Part shown: one piece after another, positions 39,065 through 49,912 of the stretch
Numbering within the stretch: the stretch's first letter is position 1
Layout: the number at the start of each line of letters is the position of its first letter
NCBI GenBank assembly: GCA_017654855.1
Contig: CM030335.1
Location: forward strand, 2,294,001 to 2,358,000
Reading direction: 5' to 3'
Source of the DNA: Podospora anserina
Lineage: Eukaryota
Length of the DNA: 64,000 bases
The notes under the pieces: generated by a model
Databases searched by the model: none
The model's input: only the letters and a program-made list of their open reading frames with translations
What the model was told of the DNA's origin: nothing
Made by a program: the position numbers and the translations under genes

Positions 39065-40843
39065 TCATGACTGATCCCCTCGTCTCAGCTTTAGAAGATC
39101 CACCAACTTCACCGACCCCTTCCCACCCCAGCCATTTGGGCCACTATCCACCTCTGGACGAATGGCGCAGTACCAAGCCCACGCCCTCCTATCGAGTTCT
39201 GCCACATCAAGATGATCCGCCCAGCTATCAAAAAGCAATCTCAACGCCCCAAGCAACAACCCCAAATTCTCCTCCCTCTCCGCCTCCAGTACTTTGGCCG
39301 TTTTATGCACCGCTTTTTTCTTTGAAGGGCTCGTCGCTGTTTCGTCGGCTGGTGGTGGTGATGGCTTCCCAAAACTCCTCAGCAGATACGATCTGGCCGC
39401 CTCGGGCCGGTGAATATGCATCCCCACCACATGGGTTAGCGGCTGCAGCTGCTTGCCTGACCCGTAACCTCCAACTGTGGTCCCAGGCTGGGCTTTTCTC
39501 ATGGCCTCGAGATCCAGGCCCCAAAGAGCCTCTCCTCCGAGTGAAATACTTCCTCCCGTCTTTCGCATTCGTTCACCGAGCGCAGACGTAACCGCATTTC
39601 TCATCAACCTCCACCTGTCCGGCCCTAACATCGTCCCTCCGAACCAACGGGTGAGAACGACAAGTGTATCGACCGCCCCAGCCTCCCGCATAACCTTCAG
39701 CATGAGATCCCCACACCCAGTCTCCCCATCATCAAACGACTCCTCCCTCATGGTCCTCTGAGTGAGCCAATTCGCATTCTCTGGCGGCTTCAGCCGGAAA
39801 GCCCAGGCATTATGCGTTGCACTCTTCAACTCAGGGTGATTATGCATCAAGCTCTCCATCAAGTACTTCCTCTGCGACGGTGACGTTAAATGAATGGCCC
39901 TCGCCACAAACTTGGAGTCCTTCATAATAATCGGCGGGCTCGTAGACCAAGTAGCCGTAGGTGTAGGCGCCGGGTCCAGCGTCGAGGCCGTCGTTGCACT
40001 CGTCGCCTGTGACCCTCCCGCTCCATCCTTTTTTTCGTCGCCGGACCTTTCCTCACCTTTCCACTCATACCCACTCCTTTTGAGAACCGCAACCTCCCTA
40101 CCCATTACCTTCACCCTCGGCTGACCTTCCCCATACCCCTCCTGATCCGCACTGGGGCCTTTGTCCAGTCCCAAACTCACAGCCTTGGACCGAGAGTTGG
40201 CGCTCACCACCGCCTGACCGAGGCTGAGTCTACTCGATAACGGCTGCTCAGGCATGGTATATCTAAGCATCTCCACCGCAAAGGCAAGTACGAGTGGCGC
40301 CCGGTTAGTTTCGATGACCGTCTCCTTTATAGTATCCTCGTCTGTGCATATTGGCAGCTCCAGGGAAGCCTCCAATTCCTGGGGGGTCATTTCAACAGGG
40401 CCAGTCATGAAAACGTCGCTTTTGGCGCGTTTGGATACCGGTGATGTGGATGATATTGATGATCCACGCTTGAGAACACCGCCGCCAGAGGGTGGTGATG
40501 ATGACTGTGTGGCATTTCTCTTGATGACGGCCTTGCAGGCGTTTTGGAGAGCGCGTGCGACCTTGTCGTCTTTGAGAGCTTCCTGAACGGTGGGGAGGGA
40601 CGCTTCGGATATTTGTTTGATGCTGTTTTGACTTGTTAGTTGATATTGAATCGGTATAGATGTCGATAAAGTCGTATATTCCCAAACGAATATGAGGTCG
40701 AGGCTCAAAATCAAGCCGATAGCTCACCTCCTGAGATCAACTGCCTGGAGGGCTTTGATTGATGTCATAGCTTGGAGCATGGGCATTTTTCTTGTGACGG
40801 TCATGAGCCGTATGAGGTCTTGGAGATCCTGTTGGGTAGCCAT
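39065..40843 (-). CDS. IMPACT/UPF0029 (YigZ-like) domain protein
   Basis: SKFVARA, ATHNAWAFR, DDGETGCG, and VVLTRWFGGTMLGPDRW are UPF0029 motifs. ATG at 40843, intron 40623-40727. Confidence 0.85.
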
Positions 40844-41066
40844 CTTTGCAATGTGACTGACTGCCTGGAAAACGATGAGGCCGGTAGACGTCTTCGTGAG
40901 AAATGTCGTGAAGACGAAGTGATGGTCGCGTGTGAGTGCCAGGAGAAGGGGCGAATCAGGATACCCCTGGCTAGCTTTGTGTGGGGAATCTAGGCACCTG
41001 TGGAGCCGTGTGCGGGAAGGTGGGGGGGTGGCATCATTGACAGAGAAAGACTGCAACAAGATAGCA

Positions 41067-41302
41067 AGGCCTTGAAAGACAATCAACAGGCCTTCAAACA
41101 TAATTAACAGGCCTTTAGGGATAGTTGATAGGCCCTGAACACGTATCAAAAGGCCTTGAAAATATATTAAAAGGCCTTCAAAACATATTAATAGGCCTTC
41201 GAAGATATTTACAGTCATCTCAATAGAGTTGAGAGGCCTTGAAAGACAGTCAAGAGGCATGCTAACCATCTTCTAAGGTCTGTTGATTATCTTTCAAGGC
41301 AT
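41067..41302. repeat. Degenerate 21-bp-period array (AGGCCT-core family), copy 4 (best preserved)
   Basis: AGGCCT-type cores at 41067, 41088, 41109, 41130, 41151, 41172, 41193, 41213, 41234, 41255, 41276 and 41297, with 21-bp steps and one 20-bp step. The approximate unit is AGGCCT-T(G/C)AAA(G/C)A(T/C)A(A/G)T(C/T)AAN. Confidence 0.92.
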
Positions 41303-41550
41303 TAATTATTTTGTCCATGACCTGACAAGGTGGGCCTTTACCGTGGTGAGCGTTGATTATGTAATCTCCACATTCGACACTCAACAAGAGTCTGATTGGC
41401 TGGAAAGCTCTGGCTCACTCAAGCTTCACAAATGACCATCAAGGGTGAGTGAGAGCTCACACCACACCCGCCCAGGCCACCACCGGATCCCGTACCCGGA
41501 CTTATATGAGAGCAGGGCAACACCCATCACCCCTCTCTCACACCACAACC

Positions 41551-42932
41551 ATGGCCTCCCGACTAAGGCTGTCCTCAAGGACACCCTTCTCATTACACCC
41601 TCACCTCTATTCACCTTCCAACCTGCCCAGCTACTCCCGCCAATTAACCCTCTCTTCAGCCCTTCAATACGCCAAACGAAAACCATCCCCATCCTCACCA
41701 CCCTCGCCACCCCAAAGCCCCCTCCGCTCCAAAAAGTCCCCCCTCCCCCCACCGAACAACTTCGTCCCCCCAAAACCAAAACTCTCCCTCTACCGCGACG
41801 ACACCCCCACCTCAAAACCCCCCCTCACCCTAGAAGAAAACATCCAACGCCACCGCAAAATACCCCTCTACGGCGCCCTCGCAGTCGCCTTCCTCGCCTC
41901 CTTGTACATCTCAGCAGTAGTAACAAACACCTTCAAAAAAACCCCCGTCTCCGACCTCTCCCCCCCCTCGGCCCATCCCTCCCCCAACCTCACCCCTCCT
42001 GCTGCCCCCCAACTGGCCTACCCCCCTCATTAACCCCCGTCTCCGCCCTCGAATTCGACACCTCACTCAACACGTCCGAAAGCCTCTCCCGTATCACCGC
42101 CAACAGAACCTACCTCGCCAGCCGCGCCAAAGGCCACGTCTTGGAAGTAGCTTGTGGCACGGGGAGAAATCTGCCGTATTACAGCTGGGAGTATGTAGTT
42201 CACCCGTTCGAGGAATACTCCCCCGAGGAGCAGCTCGCCAAGGCGAAGAGTAGGATGGCGAAGATATTGGATATTAAAAGGGGGAGTTCATGGGGGTATG
42301 GGACAAAGTCCAAGGTTACGGCTGGTGAGAGGAGGGTGGGGGGGATGGAGGGTGAGGTTTTGTCATATACGGCGGTGGATGTCTCGCCTGAGATGTTGTC
42401 TGTTGCACGCAATCGACTAAGGGAGTCGGTGCCGGGGTTGAGGCAGGTGATGGCTAAGAAGAGGGCTGAGCCCTACCCAAAACTGACGAACCCTGAGGAG
42501 GTCGTGCCGGTGGTTGCTGCGCTGGATGGGAGGGTTCAGTTACTGCTTGGGGATGCAGAGGCGGGACTGCCAAGGGGGAGGGAGAGGTATGATACGGTTA
42601 TTCAGAGTTTCGGGCTTTGTTCGGTGAAGGATCCACAGGGGTTGCTGGTGAAGATGGCGGGGAGGGTGGTGCCCGGGACGGGGAGGATTTTGTTGCTGGA
42701 GCATGGGAGGGGTTGGTTTGGGTGGATTAATGGACTGCTAGATAAGTACGCGCCGGGGCATTTTCAGAAGTTTGGGTGTTGGTGGAATAGGGATATTGAG
42801 GGGTTGGTGAAGGGGGCGAGTGAGGAGCTGGGGGGGAGGTTGGAGGTGGTGAGGATGGATAGGCCGTGGTATCATGCGGGTACGACGGTGGTGTTGGAGT
42901 TGAGGGTGAAGGAGGAGGGGGAGGGGAAGTGA
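41551..42932 (+). CDS. OMS1: Mitochondrial SAM-dependent methyltransferase Oms1-like; one apparent frameshift
   Basis: An Arg/Ser-rich presequence (MASRLRLSSRTPF) and a TM segment lie in one frame. The methyltransferase motifs (AKGHVLEVACGTGRN, YDTVIQSFGLCSV, GRILLLEHGR, FGCWWNRDI) lie in the -1 frame. The junction falls among C-runs at about 41955-42030. Confidence 0.82.
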
Positions 42933-44919
42933 TGTGTAGGATTGGGAGTGATGAGCAAATGTGTACGATCTGAATAACAAAAGGCAGATATGTGTGATGG
43001 AGTACTCTCGTGTATTTGTATCACTGGCAAATAGACAAACGATCCAAAGCTTTTTGAGCTAGACAAAATAAAAAAAACCGGATAAAATCCCCTATATATC
43101 ACCATCTCATTCCAACCAAAGTCATCCACCAAAACCACCCGCAAACCCGCACCATCCACCAAACAGCAGCCCAAGATCCCCCATCTCAGCGACGCTTTTC
43201 CACCATCCGAGCTACCAAGCAACTGTCGTCGTGAAAGGGGATCAGGCATCTCTGACCCCCACATGAGACACTCTCTAGGTCTATGCCTCCGCCTCATACT
43301 GGTTACTGCGCCGCACCACCCTTTCAAGTTTGGCCTCCATGCCATGGACGAAGCACACATCATCAAGAATCCTCTCAGGATGTGCATGGTTATTCCTGTT
43401 GCTACGTCCCGGACAGTGAATCTGCCATAGTTGTAAAAGCCGTCAACTCGTAGTCTAGGGCAGTGCTGGTTGGAGAGCGAACGCGCTAGTTATCTTTCGT
43501 TGCATCACGGTAGGATCCTCGGATAATAGGGTCCAATTGAGCTGGGTGAGTTGGTCCCGTTGTAGCTACTTGCGTCCATCTGGATCCGGAGGCCACAAAA
43601 CGCTCACAAACAGCTCCTGTTCGATGAGCGTTCGCAGGCGCGCGGGAATTTCGTCCCCACTGGCGCGGTCAAGTATGGGTTTCTCAGACGGGACATAGTT
43701 TTCGAGTCATCAAACAAGCCGTTTGTAATCTGCAAAGGCGGTGGGTTGGTTATGCTTTAGTTGTTAATGATCCAAACAATTCTGGTCAACATGCTTGTGG
43801 GCAATATCATTGACGTGCCCAATCATCAACTCCGACTCTAAAGATGCCCGTCTAATTTCAGAATGCAACCTAACTTGTTTGTTCAAGCCTTGCTTGGGTA
43901 CTCCATACCCTGTTATAGAGTTGGAAAAGAAAGCAGAGAGTACAGTTGATGGGCCTCATGTTAAAGAGACCTATAACAAAATGGACAGCAAGAATAAGGC
44001 CCGTCGGAGATTGGAAGGAGACTCTCCAACAATAGGTAGCAGTACTGCTTCCGACCAAAGGACGGCATTGAGAGAACGATAAAGTGATAGGAGACTATAT
44101 TGTATTTCTAACGCCCTCATTCCCTTGGCACCAACGGCCTCCAGCCAAGCCGGACATCTAGGTCTCACTTCTTCTCCTTTCTATCATCATCACTCCAATG
44201 AGTAGAAAGGATCCGTGCACTCCCGTCCTCTGTCGTCTATAGCCAGTAGGTGGTATCTAGCAACTGCCTCCTAAAAACGACTCCATCCTCATCGTCCTGC
44301 TCGGAGGGCTGAATAATAATACAAAATAACGGAGAGAGCTGAGTTCGAGATCAAGAGCTTCTTCCATCTCCCTTTCCTGCTCCGTAACAAAACCCTCCTT
44401 TTTTGATCCCATCGCCCCCTTTTGTGGTAACAGATTGAGCAGAAAGAGTAGAGTCGAAACTGCATAAGCACACGTCAAAAAGCCAACAATAAACGCCGGA
44501 TATAAAGAAACCGATCGCAAAGCCACCCCCAACTAAAAGCCAAGATAATACAAATCCCCTGTAACGCCATATGCAACCCACATCAGCTAAGTAGTCATAA
44601 AACGCCATGCCATGCAATATCGCCATGATGGTACCGTTCCAAACGACATAGCTTCGTCTATGGGAAGACCTGGCCCATTTTTGCCGTCCGTTCCCACCAA
44701 CCGCCCAAGAGAGACAAAATAAGAAAGAAATAATGAAACGGTAAGAAACGTAAAAGCATCGCGGACAAGTCGTAACAGGCCACATGTGACCCAAAGGAAA
44801 TGCTGCCGGCAATCACCCGGATACAGCCAATACTGCCAACCCCCAGATCGTACACAACGTCATGCATGCTCCCATCCTGTCATACGTACACCAAACCGGA
44901 GCCTTGCGCGTCTTCGAGC

Positions 44920-46342
44920 TCAGTAATCGCTCAATAGCCCATCAAGCTCGTCAAGCTCGATATTTTCAGGGCTGCGGTCCCACTCCAGCATGCTGTCCCA
45001 TTTATTCCAGCTTTCGGTCTCGAGGTCTTTCCTGCTGACGGGGAAGTACATTGTAGACCGGATCGCGGGACTTGAAACAAACGACAGATTGGTCGCATTG
45101 TTATTGCTGGTTGTGTTGTTCCCGCCAAAGAGCGATCCCTCTTCTTTTTCAAGATCCAAGACGGGCAATGGCTCGACAATGGTAGGCGGGTTGGCCCTGA
45201 GCAGATCGCCATTGAGTTTCCTCTTTTGCAGGCCAGTAGCCGTCTGAGTGAACTCCTTCTCGTCCTTTTCGAGAGGAGGCGAGGCCGCACGACGGCTGCT
45301 GCTGCGGCCATTGCTGTGGTGGGCAATGAAGCGAGAGGTTGGGGGCAGGCAGAAGCCGGGAAGCGAATAAGAGCCGATAGGCGTGCTCGGCATTTCGTCA
45401 TCCATATCATCAAACTCTGGGCTTGAGAGATCCACCTCCGGGCTGGGCGACAGCTCGCGGCGCCGAATGGCGTCGGAGTCGGCGTCCTCAGAGTTGGAAG
45501 CTCCACTGGACAGAGAGGGAGAGATGATGGTGCGACTGTGCGCAAGGTGGCTCAAGGTGGCCGCTTGCGCCGGGTCCGGGAGCGGCTGGTGCGGGCAGGT
45601 GGTGAGGTAAAAGTATGTGCGCCTTGGGTGGACAGACTCGAGCTCCTTGGCCAGCGGGCAAGGCGACTGAGCTGACCAGCCGCTGCGCTTCAAGTAGGTG
45701 GCTAACCTTGATGAAATGATGGCGCACGGGTTGGCGGACCTGAGAGGAAAATGGTGAGCAAGAGTGACTCTGAGGTGGGGGAGACCGAAACTCTAAACGG
45801 TTCAGAGAAAGAGAGAGGGGGGAAACATACTGTTGAACGATCTTGAGCTGCTGCATGAGGACAGCAGCGAGCTCCTTCACCAAGTGTGGTCTGTTGCCCG
45901 TGTTTTGGAGCTGAACGATGACAGCCTCGACGATCTCATCGTTGACGGCGTCCATGTCGATTGGTTTCGAGTCCTCCTCGTCCATCTCGATGGACTGTTG
46001 GGCAGCAGGAGGGGATGGCGGGGGAGTGTCTTCGAACTTGACTGTCTGGCTATCGCGCCTCTTGGGCAGCGGCTCTGAGGTGTGCGCATCATCGTCATCC
46101 TGAGTGTGCGCGCGTTTTAGCCTCCTGGAGGGGGCTTCCTTTGTGTTTGATGAAGCCATACTTGACTGAGTAGAAGAGTTGTTGGAGGAGGAAGAAGAAG
46201 AAGCTCGGCTGGCAGCAGCGGCGGCGCGGGCAGCGTGAGTTACAGGAACGTGGATTCCCAACGAGTGCAACGACAACGACTTGCGACGAGTGTTGTATGG
46301 ACGCTCCGAACGCTCGGGGCGCATGATTGTGGTTGGGGCCAT
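44920..46342 (-). CDS. GDS1: Gds1-like winged-helix domain protein
   Basis: YNTRRKSLSLHSLGIHVP, LQNTGNRPHLVKELAAVL, SANPCAIISSRLATYLKR, HPRRTYFYLTT and a C-terminal SPENIELDELDGLL. Intron at about 45740-45831. Confidence 0.75.
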
Positions 46343-49300
46343 CGGGGGCAACAGCGAGACTTTAAAAAAGATAACGAAAGGGTTTGAAGTGGGTAGGTAG
46401 TAGATACTAGGCTATCTCCAGACCAAACCTTCTTTTTTCTTTTTCTTTTCTTGTTTTGTTGCAACCGCGCTTCACACTTCGTTACCTGCAGGAAGCACGA
46501 AATACCCGTTCCGTCACTTGTTGGAACAAGACAAGAGCAAGGGAAGACAATAGACAACAAAATGGGCGGGCGGAAAGAGGCGGAGGGTTCGGAAGGTGGT
46601 GGAGGTGGTGGATGTGGTGGATGAACCCTTCATTGAAAACGGCAGAAAAAAAAAAAGTTGGTGGGACTCCCCGGCTCTGTTTGGATGATGGAAGGGGCAA
46701 CGGCAGTCGATGCGACCCCAGCGAGTGGCAGCCAAGTTCCTAGACGACCGCTGCGACAGGGGGGCCACAGCAGGATCCGGCAGGGATGGTATCACAATCC
46801 GTCTAAAAAGGCGGTATGGGCTAGGGAATCGGCGCTAGAGGTGGGGTAAAAAAAAGAAGAAGCTCCCCGACGTGCGCAAAAACCTGCAGTCGCATGCACT
46901 TTCTTGCCTGCAATGCTGCGCTCGACTGCGCTCTTCCTCATCATCCAGCTGCGCGGGCCCACATAATTTTTCTGACTGTCACGAATCCTGTGTTCCCTCG
47001 CGATGTCAGAGCTCACCACCACCAACTCAGGTCGACTGGGTTTGTTGGTTATCGCGGGGAAATCGCATGGCCTCCGAGGGGCAGTCACGCCGAAAATGGA
47101 CATCCGCCAATAAGATAAAGCAGTTAACCAGGAAAGGCAGTTCTGATCGCCCCCCGTCGAAACAAAAAAGGACCCTGTTCTCGCTCATCCGAGGCACGGC
47201 GAACGATGGCAGGCAGAATTGCTCCGTCATCAGAGCATCAGTGGACATATTACATACATAGCCCGCCGTTGGCGTTGATAAGTGACATCAAGACCCCGCC
47301 ATCAACAAAGAGCACCGGCAGAACCATCTCGACAGACCAAACAACAAGCAGCCTCGACCAAAATCTCGCGAGAGTCTCACGTGCTGTCGTGTGTTTCGCG
47401 TCCGGGACCCGGATGGACAGATGAATGATTGATAATGATAAGACTTTTTCGGGGTCCAAAAACTGACGAAAAGGCCGCATCGGAGTGGATGGCAGGTGGA
47501 TTTTGGCCTTGTCAGTGTTCCCTTCGCCCCTGATGCAATATCCCAGACTTTCTCCACAAAACGAACGTCCCAGAAGCCGACTAGACCGGGCTCGCTCACT
47601 CTGGTTGTCGTGACCACGCGAAGCGCAAACAATTCCATCCCATCACCGAGCCTCTTCAACGGCGCTCCATTATTCTGCCGCGACGATTTGTCCGCAGCAC
47701 AGCACCGGTTCCAACGCCGTACTCGGTCACACCAGCAGGCAACAAGCACCACCAGCCTTCCCCGGATGACTCTTTTTTAATTTTATATATATATATATTT
47801 GATAAACTTGGTGGCATATACTGCGCCAGCCGCGCCAAAGTTTTTTGTAACCAACCCTCTTCCCCCAGTCAACCGTTCGTTTGCCTGGTTGCCACGGACC
47901 ACAGTTTATTAACAGTTTCCCCCCCACTTTTACACACACAGACCCCCACCTCCGCCATGGCGCTTCTTGCGGTAAGTGGGCCCGGCTAGAGAACGGCGAG
48001 AAAATTAGATCTGGCCAATCACGGCACGTATATTGGACTGGATTTCCTCTTTTGGCCGCGGGGCACCAATCATACCCCGCTCAGATTTTCAACGCACCGA
48101 CCACCGCCGATGTCGTTACGTGAGACCCGACCACCACCCTTACGTCCATCATGAGACATTTCCCACTGCCGTTCCAGATGTTCGACCCTGATTCAGAAAG
48201 AGGAGAGACCCCGAGACCCCTAAACTCCAAGTCGGAGTCTCGACCAGTTGATCAATTAATCAATGTGAATATGTCTGTTGCCGATAGACAAGATTGAGCA
48301 ATCAGAGGCAACAGATGCAAGTCTGACCCAGAGCGTCCCAGCTGTAACCCACCTTCAAGGATACCCACATCAAACACTGTCTCTTGAGACCCGAGAATCA
48401 AGTTTGTCTCTCGCTCATCTCTCGAGCCCAATTAGCCCATTCCAAACCCCTACACGAATGATCTCATAAACTGATCACTTTAGCTGAGAGAGAAAAGAGA
48501 TGGCTGGTAGTAGTGTGCCGCTCACTCACTTACACCTACAAACGGAGAGCATTGCAACCCCAACTTTTTTTTTTTACCCAGCCAGTGACAGCAGCAAACC
48601 ACACGCGACACTGCACCCCAAATTCTTCTTCTCAGCCCGTCCCGGCTTCGAGGAACCAATCAACCCGACCAAATATTGGGTAGGAATTTACATTACACCG
48701 AGCTCGAAACAAATTTGGGGTTTTCTCGGAAACTCACCGCCTTTGGGAACTGGACCTTTTTCCCCTCCCCCTCATCCATCTTTTTTTTTGGGTTTCCCCT
48801 CACCATCCATCCCGCTTCCACACATCGATCAAGTTTCACACCACCTTCGCTCACCGCCTTACAAGACGATTGGGCTAGTTGGTGCATGACAACAATCCGG
48901 TCTTTTTTTCCTTGTTTAAGCGCTAATGCTAGGGTTAAGTATCTTTAGCTAAATAAGGGTCGGTTAAAGTAGTATGCGCATGTGGGTAGTCGTGGCAGTA
49001 TGAACTCCAACGGTCTGGATTCATGTGATCGGGGAGAGGACAGCGAGGAAGTAAACAAAACAGGACAAAATATTTGAGTCGCTTGTGGCGGCAGAGATAA
49101 TATCATGATAGTTTGCAAGCGATGGTTCATTTTGGCAAGTGTTTGAAGAGGGAAAGCCTGAGGCTCATGGTGTGGTCTTGGCTTTGCTGCACCAGCCAAC
49201 GGCTCACACGGCACTTGACTTATACATTCAAGTAAGGTTGTCTATGCAAGTCTTCACAACTTACACTTCAGAAGTGCCTGTGTGTCAGACTTGTGGTCGA

Positions 49301-49912
49301 GATAACACCAGACATCCCGCGTAGGGCCACAACCTTGGAACAGCAGTTCTCATGTCTGAGTCTGAAGCCTCGCTCTGGAAGTTATTAGCACGCTTGAAGC
49401 ACAAAATGCCAGGCAAAAGTCCCCCAAAGGGAAACCCATGATGACAGGAAAACATTTGGGAGATGTGACACCCGAGTACTCATGAGAATTAGGTGACGCC
49501 AGCGTCGTTCTCACTTACAGCCATTGAGCTGTCATGTTGAGGTTGTCATGAACTCTGGGTTCCAGGTTTATACGTCTTCTTTTCTGAACTGGGCTGACTG
49601 AACAAATCCCGTCTGCCTGCACGTGCCGGGAAAGACTCAAAGTTTCTTCTGGATGGCTTCTACATTAAGTTTGGTTCACGACTCAGATGTGGAAATTTGG
49701 GCTTGCAGAGTCTGTAAACTTTGAAACAACAACTTTCTAAACAGATACTTCCTTTATATAAACCTCGACCGTGCCATTCTCTCTCTATCGAATCGTCTCC
49801 TGCTCCACATCCAACAAGGGAACCGATATCTGATCAAGCTATTCGACACTACACGCACACACAATAAACAGGGCGCGACTAACACAGCATCCTCCGACAT
49901 CAATCCATCGCC

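Noticed and set aside
41067-41302. CRISPR-like repeat-spacer array
   Set aside because: The genome is eukaryotic, the conserved part is only 6 bp, the 15-bp spacers resemble each other rather than being unique, and there are no cas genes.
41445-41954. Pro/His-rich N-terminus of the 495-aa ORF as the true OMS1 start
   Set aside because: It is an off-frame reading of C-rich DNA. The presequence and TM helix are in the frame starting at ATG 41551.
47784-47798. (AT)n tract, plus (CAG)n in the F-BAR gene, poly-Ala codons in NOT1, and CATGCTGT repeats near 1000-1035
   Set aside because: Ordinary microsatellite or low-complexity sequence.
46400-49900. Long gene-free interval with many short ORFs
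   Set aside because: Consistent with an extended promoter and 5' UTR region between divergent genes. I saw no transposase, LTR, terminal inverted repeat or structured RNA signature.
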